Source: Eubacteriales bacterium
GTDB taxonomy: Bacteria; Bacillota; Clostridia; Oscillospirales; SIG627
Length of the DNA stretch: 48,506 nucleotides
Assembly (NCBI GenBank): GCA_045658765.1
Contig: JAZOVP010000010.1
Coordinates: 1-48,506, forward strand
Direction of reading: 5' to 3'
Shown here: piece by piece, positions 1-10,300 of the stretch
Layout: every line of letters begins with the position of its first letter
How positions within the stretch are numbered: the stretch's first letter is position 1
The notes under the pieces: generated by a model
Databases searched by the model: none
The model's input: only the letters and a program-made list of their open reading frames with translations
What the model was told of the DNA's origin: nothing
Position numbers and translations under genes: made by a program

Positions 1-69
1 TAAGTCAAAAACAACTTATTTAGACGTGCTTATAATAAAATTTGCCGCAAATTTCCCTAAAATACATGT

Positions 70-110
70 TGGTCCTAACTTGACACACTCATGAGCGGAT
101 CGCCCATCGT
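70..110. mobile_element. Putative att junction of an element inserted in spoIVB (element body outside the window)
   Basis: Abrupt switch from AT-rich non-coding DNA (1-90) to spoIVB codons at 91, with the palindrome CTCATGAG (88-95) across the junction. No integrase is visible in the window. Confidence 0.5.
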
Positions 111-219
111 GCAAAACGGCAAACTCATCGGCGCCGTAACCCACGTTCTCATCAGCGATCCCACCCGCGGCTACGGCATTTTCATCGAAAATATGCTCAG
201 CTCTATGCCCGCCGCCTGA
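91..219 (+). pseudogene. spoIVB: 3' fragment (42 codons) of SpoIVB peptidase S55, truncated at the catalytic motif
   Basis: Translates [42 protein letters not shown], the conserved SpoIVB C-terminus. The expected upstream GIVQG is absent and there is an in-frame TAA at 76-78. Confidence 0.88.
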
Positions 220-259
220 AATCCATCTTCTCTTTTTTCTCCTAAAAAGAGAAATTGAA

Positions 260-294
260 AAAAACAACCTCGGCTTTTTTGCGAGGTTGTTTTT
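260..294. terminator. Bidirectional intrinsic terminator, CAACCTCG palindrome family copy 1
   Basis: AAAAACAACCTCG-gcttttttg-CGAGGTTGTTTTT between the convergent spoIVB fragment and araC. Confidence 0.8.
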
Positions 295-297
295 CTT

Positions 298-1059
298 TTA
301 AAAGGTATTGATCAGGGTTTTGGAATAGGTGAGCTTAAATTCTGTGGGGGTGATGCCTTCGTGGTATTTAAAATATTTCAAAAAGTATTTATAATCCTGA
401 AAACCCGCCTTTTGCGCCACCTCGGCAAGGGGCAAGGCATCCTCGAGCAAAAGCTGCTTGATAAAGCCGATCCTTTCGCGGTCGATATAGCTTTTCAAAG
501 ACTTTTTATAAAAGGATTTGAAAATGCGATTCAAATAATCCTCATTATAGCCAAAATGCTGAGCAAGATCCTTCACTTGGATCGCGCGATCGCGATTTGC
601 CTTGATCCAAGCCGATGCCTTTTCCACCATATAATCGCTATCATAAGATAAATTTTCGCAAAAAAGCTCAATCAAAATCAGTCGGGTAAGATAATCCAAA
701 CTCTCCGCGGGCTTGCGATCAATGGTATACGATAAAATCTGCTTGAAAAGAAGAAGCAGGTTATAACTATTTTCAATTTTTAAATGCTTTTTCCCCTCGG
801 GAATTGCCGAAATCCCCGAAAAATGAAGCCAGAAAAACTGCGTGTCGCGGCTTTTTTTGGTGCCAAAATGCCGATTTTTCGGCTCCAGAATCAAAACTTC
901 ATTTTCCCCCAAAGCATATTCCGCGCCGCCCTCATTGAGATACACAAATCCCTTGGTAACAAATAAAATCTCGTATGTTTTTTCTTTGCGATCGGGATGA
1001 CACCATTCATCCCTCGAAATAAATTTTCCGCAGCTAATATGCGTTACGCCTTCAAACAT
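298..1059 (-). CDS. AraC/XylS family transcriptional regulator
   Basis: 253 aa. N-terminal cupin-like domain and C-terminal double HTH (LAQHFGYNEDYLNRIFK; VAQKAGFQDYKYFLKYFKYHEGITPTEF). Confidence 0.92.
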   Translation of the reverse strand: MFEGVTHISCGKFISRDEWCHPDRKEKTYEILFVTKGFVYLNEGGAEYALGENEVLILEPKNRHFGTKKSRDTQFFWLHFSGISAIPEGKKHLKIENSYNLLLLFKQILSYTIDRKPAESLDYLTRLILIELFCENLSYDSDYMVEKASAWIKANRDRAIQVKDLAQHFGYNEDYLNRIFKSFYKKSLKSYIDRERIGFIKQLLLEDALPLAEVAQKAGFQDYKYFLKYFKYHEGITPTEFKLTYSKTLINTF

Positions 1060-1064
1060 AGTCG

Positions 1065-1131
1065 GATTTTCACCCCTAATCTACTGATTTTCGAGTTGTT
1101 TGAACCCCCGTTCTTTTCTATAATCATTATA
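1065..1131. promoter_or_regulatory. Overlapping divergent promoters with a putative AraC operator
   Basis: Plus strand: TTGTTT(1096)-17-TATAAT(1119). Minus strand: TATAAT at 1126-1131. GATTTTC direct repeat at 1065 and 1086, 21 bp apart. Confidence 0.5.
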
Positions 1132-1178
1132 TAGAACCCGCGCAAAAATTACAAGAGCAAGTTTTCGGAGGAAAGAAA

Positions 1179-2963
1179 ATGAAAAATCTTTTTTACACCG
1201 CCACGGCGCTCAACAACGGATTTTGGAAGTATTACGAAACCCTCAATCGCACCGTTACCGTGAAAGCAGTATACGATCGCTTCAAGGAAACAGGGCGCTT
1301 CGATGCCTTAAAATGCAACTGGCGTGAGGGCATGGAACATCAGCCGCACGTATATTGGGATTCCGATATTGTGAAATGGATGGAAGGCGCCGCCTACCTT
1401 CTGAAAACAAGCCCCGATCCCGAGCTTGAAAAAATCGTGGATGAATTGATTGATACCATCGCCAAAAATCAGCGCGAAGACGGCTATTTTAATTCCTATT
1501 TTCTTTCGGTTGCCCCCTCTAAAATTTTCTCCGATCGGAATGAACACGAGCTTTACTGCATCGGCCACATGATCGAATGTGCCATCGCCTACCACCGAGC
1601 CACCGGCAAGGATAAGCTCCTTTTGGTGGTGAAAAAAGCGGTGGATCTGATTTATAAAGTTTTTGTGGAAGAAGAAAGCGCGGGCTTTGTTACCCCCGGG
1701 CATGAAGAAATCGAACTTGCCCTTTTAAAGCTTTATCTTTATGAAGGAAATCAAAAGCATTTATCCTTAGCGCAGTTTTTCATTGATCAAAGAGGCGCAA
1801 ACGAAAAAGATTCTATGAAATCAGATCAGGTGCAGAGCGCCGAGCCCGTGCGCGAGATCACCGAAGCGGTGGGCCATAGTGTGAGAGCGGGCTATTTATA
1901 TACCGCCATGGCAATGCTCGGAAAAATCACGGGAGATCAGGCGCTTTTAGATGCCTGTCATCGCGTGTATGAAAACATCACCAATTTCAAAATGAGCATC
2001 ACCGGCGGCATCGGCGCGGATCACAACGGCGAAAGATTCACCTATGCCTATGATCTTCCCAACCGCGAAATCTACAACGAAACCTGCGCCGCCATTTCCC
2101 TTGCCATGTTTGCAGGCGAAATGCAGGAGCTTGCCCCCGATTCCAAATATGCCGATCTGATCGAGCGCATCTATTATAATGCCTTCCTTTCGGGCATATC
2201 CATCGGCGGCGATGAATTCTTCTATACCAATCCCCTCGAAATCGATCGCAAAAAGCATAAAAGAAAAGCTTGGCAGCCCATTTATCGCAGAGTGAAAGTT
2301 TTTGATTGTTCTTGCTGCCCGCCGAATGTGGTGCGTATGCTTGCCACCATTCCGCGCTATGCCCATTCCAAAGAAGGCAATTCCATTTGGTGCCATCAAT
2401 TCTTCCCCGGCACCACCGAATTTGAAATCGGCGGCGAAAAAGCCACCCTCACCCTGAAAACCGAATATCCCACCAATGGCAAACTCTGCTTCACCTATCA
2501 CGGCAAAAGCGCCAAAATCTATGTGCGCATTCCCGATTGGTGCATCGAATTTGAAGGCGAAACCGAAAACGGCTATGCCAAATTCGAAGTGGAAAACGGT
2601 GCAAATTTCGAAATTGATCTGCCCTTGAAGCGCCATATCATCGAATCCAATCCCGCCGTGCAAGATAATGCAGGCCGCTTTGCCATCACCTACGGGCCTT
2701 TTGTTTACTGCATGGAAAGCATCGACAACGGCGAAAACCTGCGCGACATCACCTTAATCGAAAATGCCCCCTTTGAAATCAAAATCGAAGGCAATCCCGC
2801 CGTGCCCGTGCTCTATATCCCCGCAGAAAGAAGAAAGGCATCCGATCGCCTTTATTCCATCAAATCCGAGGAAAGAGAATCCTTCACCGCGCGCCTGATT
2901 CCTTATTTTTCCTTTGCCAACCGCGAAGAAGCCGATATGCTCATCTGGACAATGGTAAAATAA
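1179..2963 (+). CDS. Glycoside hydrolase family 127 (beta-L-arabinofuranosidase-like, DUF1680)
   Basis: 594 aa with motifs WDSD, HELY, GHEEIELAL, GHSVRAGY, YNETCA and CSCCPPN. RBS GGAGG. No obvious signal peptide. Confidence 0.9.
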   Translation: MKNLFYTATALNNGFWKYYETLNRTVTVKAVYDRFKETGRFDALKCNWREGMEHQPHVYWDSDIVKWMEGAAYLLKTSPDPELEKIVDELIDTIAKNQREDGYFNSYFLSVAPSKIFSDRNEHELYCIGHMIECAIAYHRATGKDKLLLVVKKAVDLIYKVFVEEESAGFVTPGHEEIELALLKLYLYEGNQKHLSLAQFFIDQRGANEKDSMKSDQVQSAEPVREITEAVGHSVRAGYLYTAMAMLGKITGDQALLDACHRVYENITNFKMSITGGIGADHNGERFTYAYDLPNREIYNETCAAISLAMFAGEMQELAPDSKYADLIERIYYNAFLSGISIGGDEFFYTNPLEIDRKKHKRKAWQPIYRRVKVFDCSCCPPNVVRMLATIPRYAHSKEGNSIWCHQFFPGTTEFEIGGEKATLTLKTEYPTNGKLCFTYHGKSAKIYVRIPDWCIEFEGETENGYAKFEVENGANFEIDLPLKRHIIESNPAVQDNAGRFAITYGPFVYCMESIDNGENLRDITLIENAPFEIKIEGNPAVPVLYIPAERRKASDRLYSIKSEERESFTARLIPYFSFANREEADMLIWTMVK

Positions 2964-3005
2964 TCTGCTTTTCCCTCTCCCCCGCCCTTGGGTTTTGAAA
3001 ACATA

Positions 3006-3034
3006 TTGCATTCCATCCTTTTTTGCGATACAAT
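3006..3034 (+). promoter_or_regulatory. sigma-A-type promoter of the small ORF
   Basis: TTGCAT-17 bp-TACAAT. Confidence 0.6.
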
Positions 3035-3059
3035 AAGAAAAAAGCTCGGAGGATGAAAA

Positions 3060-3239
3060 ATGGCAAAAAACAATCGTTTTATCAAAACCTATTCTCAAGG
3101 GGGTTTTAGCCCCATGGAAATTTGGGTGGATGCAGAAACCGGTGTTCATTATCTTTATCACCCGTCGGGCTATGGCGGGGGACTCACCGTTTTGCTCGGT
3201 GCCGACGGAAAACCCGTGATCAAGCCCGTGGAACAATAA
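3060..3239 (+). CDS. Small protein, DUF6440-like (59 aa, not in the ORF track)
   Basis: MAKNNRFIKTYSQGGFSPMEIWVDAETGVHYLYHPSGYGGGLTVLLGADGKPVIKPVEQ*. RBS GGAGG at 3048, with its own promoter and terminator. Confidence 0.8.
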   Translation: MAKNNRFIKTYSQGGFSPMEIWVDAETGVHYLYHPSGYGGGLTVLLGADGKPVIKPVEQ

Positions 3240-3258
3240 TTTCTTTTCAAAAATCTAA

Positions 3259-3292
3259 AAAAGCAACCTCAGCAAAAGCGGAGGTTGCTTTT
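3259..3292 (+). terminator. Intrinsic terminator, palindrome family copy 2 (variant)
   Basis: AAAAGCAACCTC-agcaaaagcg-GAGGTTGCTTTT. Confidence 0.75.
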
Positions 3293-3307
3293 CTTTTTCT
3301 TTGGCAT

Positions 3308-3342
3308 AAAAAAATGCCCAAGCACCCGAGGGTGCTTGGACA
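3308..3342 (-). terminator. gap terminator
   Basis: CCAAGCACCC/GGGTGCTTGG stem followed by a T7 tract on the minus strand. Confidence 0.75.
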
Positions 3343-3361
3343 CATAAAAGCTTTGTATTTC

Positions 3362-4369
3362 TTAGATTTCTGCGAAATACTTGATGGTGCGAACCATCTG
3401 GCTGGTGTAGGAGTTTTCGTTGTCGTACCAAGAAACAACCTGTACCTGATAGGTATCGTCATCAATCTTAGCAACCATGGTCTGGGTAGCGTCGAAGATG
3501 GAACCAGCGGTAGCGCCGATGATATCGGAAGAAACGATTTCGTCGGTGTTGTATTCGAAGGATTCGGTAGCAGCAGCTTTCATAGCAGCGTTGATGCCTT
3601 CAACAGTAACATCCTTGCCCTTAACCACAGCGATCAGAATGGTGGTAGATCCGGTGGGGGTGGGGATTCTCTGTGCAGCGCCGATGAGCTTGCCGTTGAG
3701 TTCGGGGATAACAAGGCCGATTGCCTTTGCAGCACCGGTGGAGTTGGGAACAATGTTCACAGCGCCGGCTCTTGCTCTGCGGAAGTCGCCTTTTCTGTGG
3801 GGACCGTCGAGGATCATCTGGTCGCCGGTGTATGCGTGAACGGTGGTCATGATACCGCTCTGGATGGGACCGAAATCATTGAGTGCCTTTGCCATGGGAG
3901 CAAGGCAGTTGGTGGTGCAGGAAGCTGCGGAAATTACGGTGTCATCCTTGGTGAGGATGTTGTGGTTTACATTGTAAACAACGGTGGGAAGATCGTTGCC
4001 TGCGGGAGCAGAGATAACAACCTTCTTTGCGCCAGCGGTGATGTGAGCGCTTGCCTTTGCCTTGGAGGTATAGAAACCGGTGCATTCGAGAACAACGTCA
4101 ACACCGTATTCGCCCCAGGGAAGCTTGGAAGCATCGGGCTCTGCATAGATTTTGATTTCTTTTCCATCAACGATGATGGAGTTTTCGGTAGCTTCAACAG
4201 TCTTGTTGTAGCGGCCCTGAGCAGAGTCGTATTTGAGAAGGTGAGCGAGCATTTTGGGGTTGGTGAGGTCGTTGATGGCAACTACTTCGTAGCCTTCAGC
4301 AGCGAACATCTGGCGGAACGCAAGACGGCCGATACGACCAAAACCGTTAATGGCAACTTTTACAGACAT
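3362..4369 (-). CDS. gap: Glyceraldehyde-3-phosphate dehydrogenase, type I
   Basis: INGFGRIGR, catalytic [13 protein letters not shown]. Confidence 0.98.
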   Translation of the reverse strand: MSVKVAINGFGRIGRLAFRQMFAAEGYEVVAINDLTNPKMLAHLLKYDSAQGRYNKTVEATENSIIVDGKEIKIYAEPDASKLPWGEYGVDVVLECTGFYTSKAKASAHITAGAKKVVISAPAGNDLPTVVYNVNHNILTKDDTVISAASCTTNCLAPMAKALNDFGPIQSGIMTTVHAYTGDQMILDGPHRKGDFRRARAGAVNIVPNSTGAAKAIGLVIPELNGKLIGAAQRIPTPTGSTTILIAVVKGKDVTVEGINAAMKAAATESFEYNTDEIVSSDIIGATAGSIFDATQTMVAKIDDDTYQVQVVSWYDNENSYTSQMVRTIKYFAEI

Positions 4370-4416
4370 TTTGGTATCTCCTTTATGTTAAAAATTTAAT
4401 TTTTTTACCAAACATT

Positions 4417-4445
4417 AGTATAGTATATTTTTCCAAAGAATACAA
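4417..4445 (-). promoter_or_regulatory. sigma-A-type promoter of gap
   Basis: TTGTAT-17-TATACT on the minus strand. Confidence 0.55.
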
Positions 4446-4472
4446 GAGAAAATTTAAATTTTTTCATTTTTG

Positions 4473-5252
4473 TTACATTTGGAAAAACCGAAGGGCATTT
4501 TCCCTTGTGATTTGGATCATTTCATCAGTGGAAACCCCGTGAATCTCGGCAAGACGAGCCGCGGTGGCAAAAGCAAAATCCGATCGGTTTCTTTTCCCGC
4601 GATACGGCACAGGCGCAAGATACGGCGCATCGGTTTCGATCAAAAGCCGATCGAGCGGCACCACCGCCGCCGCTTCGGGCACAATCGAAGCATTTTTGAA
4701 GGTTAGGGTGCCCGAAAATGAAATGTGCCATCCCATTTTCACATACTGCCTTGCCATTTCCTTCGAGCCCGAAAACGAGTGCATCACACCCTTCACATCG
4801 GGGAATTTGCGCACAATATCGAAAACATCGCCATGGGCATCGCGATCGTGAATGCAAACAGGATATCCCGTTTCGCGCGAGAGCTCCATCAGGCGGCAAA
4901 ACACATCCTTTTGCACCTCGCGGGGGGCATTTTCATATTTATAATCCAGCCCAATCTCGCCAATGGCAACCGCCTTCGGATGGCAAAGCATTTCTTTGAG
5001 CGCGGGAATCGAATGTTCATCGAAGGTATGCGCATCCTGCGGATGAATGCCAACTGCCGCATAGAAAAGATCATACCGATCGGCAAGATCAAGGCAAATG
5101 CGGCTGGTGGGAATATCGCATCCGATATTCACCACATATTCCACCCCAACAGGGCAGATTTCGCTTTTTTCGCGAAGGCATTTCACCACCTCGTCAAGAT
5201 CCTCGGCAAAGCGCGGATCATCGTAATGCGCGTGGGAATCAAAAAGCCCCAT
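4473..5252 (-). CDS. tatD: TatD family deoxyribonuclease
   Basis: DSHAH, GIHP, GEIGLDY, ETDAPYL. Overlaps the metG stop by 1 nt, the conserved metG-tatD order in Bacillota. Confidence 0.95.
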   Translation of the reverse strand: MGLFDSHAHYDDPRFAEDLDEVVKCLREKSEICPVGVEYVVNIGCDIPTSRICLDLADRYDLFYAAVGIHPQDAHTFDEHSIPALKEMLCHPKAVAIGEIGLDYKYENAPREVQKDVFCRLMELSRETGYPVCIHDRDAHGDVFDIVRKFPDVKGVMHSFSGSKEMARQYVKMGWHISFSGTLTFKNASIVPEAAAVVPLDRLLIETDAPYLAPVPYRGKRNRSDFAFATAARLAEIHGVSTDEMIQITRENALRFFQM

Positions 5253-7213
5253 TATCCAACCACTGCGCCCGCAGGCGTTTCGGGATCAAGCGTGATAAGG
5301 CGCACCACCCCATCGGCTTCGGTGGAAAGAATCATACCGTGGGATTCCAGCCCCATCATCTTGCGGGGCAGAAGATTTTTCACCACAATAATCTTTTTGC
5401 CAATCAGTTCGGCAGGTTCATAATATTTTGCAATGCCCGAAAGCACTTGGCGCTCTTCCGTGCCAAGATCAAGGCGGAAGCGAAGCAGCTTTTCGCTCTT
5501 TTCCACCTTTTCGCATTCCAGCACCTCGGCACACACAAGATCGATCTTCATAAAGTCATCGAAGGTGCAGGGCTCTTTCGGAGCGGCGGGAGAAGCTTCT
5601 TTTGCTTTTTTGGCTTCTTTTTCAGCTTTTTTCTTTGCTTTTTCTTTTGCCTCGAGCTCTTTGATTAAAGCATCGCCGTCGATTCTTGCAAAAAGCGGCT
5701 GGCAAGCAGAAACTTCAAATGCCTCAAAAAGGCCAAACGGAGCGGTAACCCCATCAAAATTGCTTGCCGCACCCTCGCCCATCAAAAGCGCAATTTTTTC
5801 TGCGGTTTCGGGCATAAAGGGAGTGAGCATCACGCCAATGCGGCGAATCGCCTCCAAAAGATTATAAAGCACCTCTTCAAGGCGGCCCTTTTGGCTTTCG
5901 TCTTTGGCAAGCGCCCAAGGCATGGTTTCATCAATATACTTATTGCATCTCTTTGCAAAATCCATCACGGCATTCACACTATCGCCGATATGAAGAGTAT
6001 CAATTCCCTCCCCAAGAGCGGCAAAGGTTTTTTTCTCGCAAGCAATCAAATCCAAATCGATCGGATCGGTAAATTCGGCGGGCTTTTTCACCTTGCCGTC
6101 AAAATATTTCACCGCCATCGCAACACTGCGGCTCACAAGGTTTCCGAGGGTATTGGCAAGATCGGCATTGAATTTTGCGATCATGGCTTCATAGGTGATC
6201 GAGCCATCCTGCGCGAAGGGAATTTCGGAAAGAAGATAGTATCTCACCGCATCCACTCCAAAAATTTCGGCAAGTTCATCCGCATAAAGCACATTGCCTT
6301 TGGATTTGCTCATTTTATCTTCGCCAACAAGCACCCAAGGATGCCCCAGCACGCGCTTGGGCAAAGGCAGATCGAGCGCCATCAAAAGAATGGGCCAATA
6401 AATCGTGTGGAAGCGCACAATATCCTTTCCGATCACGTGCAAATCTGCAGGCCAATAGCGTTCAAAATTCTCGCCGCTTCCATCGGGATGATAGCCGAGC
6501 GCGGTGATATAATTCGAAAGCGCATCAATCCAAACATAAATCACATGGCGAGGATCATCCTTCACCTTCACGCCCCAAGAGAAGGTGGAGCGGGAAACGC
6601 AAAGATCGGCAAGGCCGGGCTTAATAAAATTATTGATCATTTCCGCCTTGCGGGAAAGCGGAGCAAAAAATTCGGGATTTTCTTCATAATACTGCACAAG
6701 GCGATCGGCGTATTTGGAAAGGCGAAGGAAGTATGCCTCCTCCTTAGCATCCACGCAAGGTCTGCCGCAATCGGGGCAAAGCCCGCCCTCTTTTAATTGG
6801 CTGGCAGTGAAAAACGATTCGCAAGGCACGCAGTATTTGCCCTCGTATTCGCCCTTATAAATATCGCCCTTTTCCAAAAGGCGCTGGAAAATACGCTCCA
6901 CTGAGGCCTCGTGATCGGCATCGGTGGTGCGGATAAAACGATCGTAAGAAATATTCATGCAATCCCAAACCGCTTTGATCTCGGCGGCAATGCGATCCAC
7001 ATATTCCTTCGGGGTATCCCCCGCTTCCTTTGCAAGCTCCTCGATCTTCTGACCGTGCTCATCGCTTCCTGTGAGATAAAACACATCAAATCCCATCATT
7101 CGCTTGAATCTTGCAATCGCATCGGCAAGCACAGGATCATACACATTTCCAATATGGGGCTTGCGCGAAGTATAGGCAATCGCGGTGGTGATATAGAATT
7201 TTTCTTTTTGCAT
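5252..7213 (-). CDS. metG: Methionine--tRNA ligase
   Basis: HIGN and KMSKS motifs, Zn knuckle CVPC/CPDC, C-terminal tRNA-binding domain. Confidence 0.98.
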   Translation of the reverse strand: MQKEKFYITTAIAYTSRKPHIGNVYDPVLADAIARFKRMMGFDVFYLTGSDEHGQKIEELAKEAGDTPKEYVDRIAAEIKAVWDCMNISYDRFIRTTDADHEASVERIFQRLLEKGDIYKGEYEGKYCVPCESFFTASQLKEGGLCPDCGRPCVDAKEEAYFLRLSKYADRLVQYYEENPEFFAPLSRKAEMINNFIKPGLADLCVSRSTFSWGVKVKDDPRHVIYVWIDALSNYITALGYHPDGSGENFERYWPADLHVIGKDIVRFHTIYWPILLMALDLPLPKRVLGHPWVLVGEDKMSKSKGNVLYADELAEIFGVDAVRYYLLSEIPFAQDGSITYEAMIAKFNADLANTLGNLVSRSVAMAVKYFDGKVKKPAEFTDPIDLDLIACEKKTFAALGEGIDTLHIGDSVNAVMDFAKRCNKYIDETMPWALAKDESQKGRLEEVLYNLLEAIRRIGVMLTPFMPETAEKIALLMGEGAASNFDGVTAPFGLFEAFEVSACQPLFARIDGDALIKELEAKEKAKKKAEKEAKKAKEASPAAPKEPCTFDDFMKIDLVCAEVLECEKVEKSEKLLRFRLDLGTEERQVLSGIAKYYEPAELIGKKIIVVKNLLPRKMMGLESHGMILSTEADGVVRLITLDPETPAGAVVG

Positions 7214-7272
7214 TTGGGGACCTCAACTTTCCGAATCCGGACAAATGAGCCCGAATCCACATAATTAGATAC

Positions 7273-7301
7273 ATTATAACCTATTTTTCCCAATCTTTCA
7301 A
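7273..7301 (-). promoter_or_regulatory. sigma-A-type promoter of metG
   Basis: TTGAAA-17-TATAAT on the minus strand. Confidence 0.65.
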
Positions 7302-7310
7302 GGGGTACTA

Positions 7311-7344
7311 AAGAAAACCACCCGAAATTTCGGGTGGTTTTCTT
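7311..7344 (-). terminator. addAB terminator (perfect 34-bp palindrome)
   Basis: AAGAAAACCACCCGAAA|TTTCGGGTGGTTTTCTT directly after the addA stop. Confidence 0.8.
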
Positions 7345-7346
7345 TT

Positions 7347-10300
7347 TTATTCTTCCGGAATTCGAATTGCCTTGCCCAGAGCAAAGGAATAGATCAGCAT
7401 TTCGGAAACTTTTCTTTTGGTGATGGCTTCCACCGCCTTTTGATAAAGGCGCATCTGGGGCGCATGGCGCTCGATCAGAATGGTTTCGCCCGTTTCGGGA
7501 TTCACCCGATCGGTTTTAAAATCAAGAAGCGTGATGGTGCCGTCGGGATTTTCAAAATAGGCATCGATCACCCCTTGCACCAAAACCTCGCCCTCTTTTC
7601 GCATCAGCTCGCGCGCAGGCAAAAACACATTAAAGCGTTTTTCTCTGCAAAGCTTCGGGGAAGATGCCATTCTTTGATAAAGATCGCTTCGAATAAAGGC
7701 AAGCACCTTTTCTTTTTCCACAAGCGCCATCTCCTCTTCGGATAAAAAGCCCCTTTCGGTAAGGCGCAAAAATTCGCGCTCGGGATCGGCAAAAAGCGCG
7801 GCAAAATCGGCAAATTGCATCACCTGATGCGTTGCCGTGCCGATTTTAGCGGCATTTGATTTTAAGGTTCCGTTTTCAAAATCCAAAAGGCGGTGCGGAT
7901 AAAATTCCGTTTCCTCCTCTTCCCGATTCTCGCGCAGAATCTGCGAAACAGAAAGCTTTTTCGGCAAGGTTTCCATTTCATTTTCCTGATATTGAAATTC
8001 CATGCGGGCACGCATTTCGGGGAAAACAGAAGCGCGCATTTCGGCCTTTACGGCATCGTTTTTAAATTCCGTGAAGGGCTCGATCCCCGCAAGGCGAATC
8101 TGAAAACTCCCCTCCTCGGCTTCCCCTCCCGATTCGAGCACCTGCCCAAGCGCAGGGCAATCGCGCAAAGAAAGAAGCAAAAGTGAAAGCGGAGAAGATG
8201 CCTTTCGAATCAAAAGCCGCGAAAGCTCGGGCGAAAAGGGCTCGGGCGATGCCAATAAAAGATCGCGGGAAAGGGTGGCATAGCTTCGGGGATTTGCGGT
8301 TAAAATGAGTTTTTCCGAAGCGCGGGTGAGCGCCACATAAAGCACTCTTTTTTCTTCCTCAAGGGTTTGGCTGTGAATGGCAAGCCGCGCGCCTTTGCGG
8401 GAAAGCGGGCTCACCTTGGCACGACCGCCAAGTCGCAAAACAGGAAACTGCGCGCCGAAGCGTTCGGAAATCAGAAGCGGCGCATATTCATCGCGAAGCT
8501 GGAAGGGCTGCGCCAAAAAGGAAACAAACACCACGGGAAATTCCAGCCCCTTGGATTTATGAATGGTGAAAAGGCGCACGCCGCTGCTCTCTTCGGGACT
8601 TGCCAGATCCTCGGCACTTCTTTCGGCAAGGCGGCAAAATTCGGAAAGCGAGGTTTCCCCAAAGCTCTCTGCGGTTTCCGCCGCCGAAAGGAAGAATTCA
8701 CGCACCTCTTCCCCATCGGAATAAAGCTCCGAAATCGAAAGCGAACGATATAAATAAAAGAGAAAAGCGGGAAGCGAGAGGGTTTTGCTTTTTTCGCGAA
8801 GAAGCGAAAGCTCCCCAAGCGTTTCTCGGCACTTTTCGCGCACCTCGCCCTCCTCGCCGTTTTCGGCAAAGCGGCGCATGGCCGTGTAAAACGGCACTTT
8901 TTTTGCGCCCTTTCGAATGCGGTAAAGCGCATCGGCAGAAAAGCGGAAAACAGGCGAAATCAAAGCACCGAGAAGCGGCACATCCGAGGAAGGATTATCC
9001 AGCGCGGAAAGCAAAGAGGAAACAAAAAGATACTCGCTTTTTTCCTTAAACACCGCATCGGGCGCATCGCCGCAAGGAATCTTTCTTGCCGCAAGTGCTT
9101 CGCGCACCAGCGCGATCTGGCGATGGGTGCGGCAAATCACCGCAATCTCTTCGGGCTGATACTGTTTTCCCTCTTTGCCCGAAAGAATCTTTGCAATTCG
9201 ATCGGCAAGATAGCCCGCTTCGCGGTTTTCATCGCGAATCAGAATTTCTTCATCAAAAGCCCGCTCGGCATCTTCCTCAAGGATTTTTTCCATCAAAACA
9301 AGCTCGGTGCATTCCGAAGGCGCCTTTTCTTTGGAAAACACAAGCGCATCTTCTTTTTTATAAAGCGAATCCCGCGCCGTTTCATCCATCATCACCGCAA
9401 AAATGCGATTCACCAAATCAATAATCGGCTCGGCGCAGCGGAAATTATGGGAAAGAAAGATCTTTTGCATCTCGCCCTCGGGGGCGGGATAAAGCGGGAG
9501 CGAATTTTTATATTCCGAAAAGATCGAGGGCTCTGCACCGCGGAAGCGATAAATGCTCTGCTTGGGATCGCCCACGATGAAAAGATTATCTTTTCTGGTG
9601 ATGCTTCTGAAAATCAAATCCTGAATGCGGTTGGAATCCTGATATTCATCCACAAACACAGCCCCGAGCTCCTCGGTGATCTCCTCGCCGATTGCGGTTT
9701 TCTGCCAAGTGCCGTTTTTCTTTTCGGCAACAAGCAAAAGCGCCATGTTTTCCAAATCCGCATAATCCAAAATCTTCTTTTCGCGCTTTGCCAAATTGAA
9801 TTTTTCTTCGGCTTTTGCGCAAAGAAGATAAAATTCCTTGGTGAGAAAAAGCGCTTCTTCCCATTCTGTTCGCATTTCTTCTTCGGTTTTCTCAAAATGC
9901 TCCTTGCAGAAGGAAATCAGTTCTTTTTTCAGGCGGTTGTGCACCTCGGCAAAGGCGGTTTTGATTTCCGCCTCTTCGGGGGGACACTTTGAAATTCTTG
10001 GCATCGAGGCAGAAAAGCCCTCTTCCAAAAATCTTGCCGCATCCCAAAAAGCACCTTCTTTTAAAAGATCAAGACAATGCGCCAAACAAGCGCTTCTTTC
10101 TTCAAAAAACGGTGCATATTTTTCGCCCACCAGCGAATAAGAAGAAAGCCCTTTTGCCAAAAAATCAAGCGTGGCTTTCCCGCGGGAGAATTCCGCCATC
10201 GCTTCAAGAGCGATCACCTTGCCGGCAGGGGTATCAAAAAAGGATTTTTCCCTTCCGGAAAGTTTTTTTGCCTCAAGAAACGATTCCTCCAAAATCTGCT

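Noticed and set aside
16-267. 83-aa minus-strand ORF (..HECVKLGPT..)
   Set aside because: Antisense shadow of the spoIVB fragment and its junction, with no recognisable domain.
3122-4399. Long antisense ORFs (425 aa opposite gap; also 15380-16348, 16385-17545, 31082-32437, 36746-37969, 38373-39662)
   Set aside because: They lie opposite well-supported genes. Strong codon bias removes antisense stops, and they have no recognisable motifs.
7214-7270. Possible riboswitch in the metG leader
   Set aside because: The leader is about 50 nt with one 10-bp hairpin and no T-box, S-box or SMK consensus.
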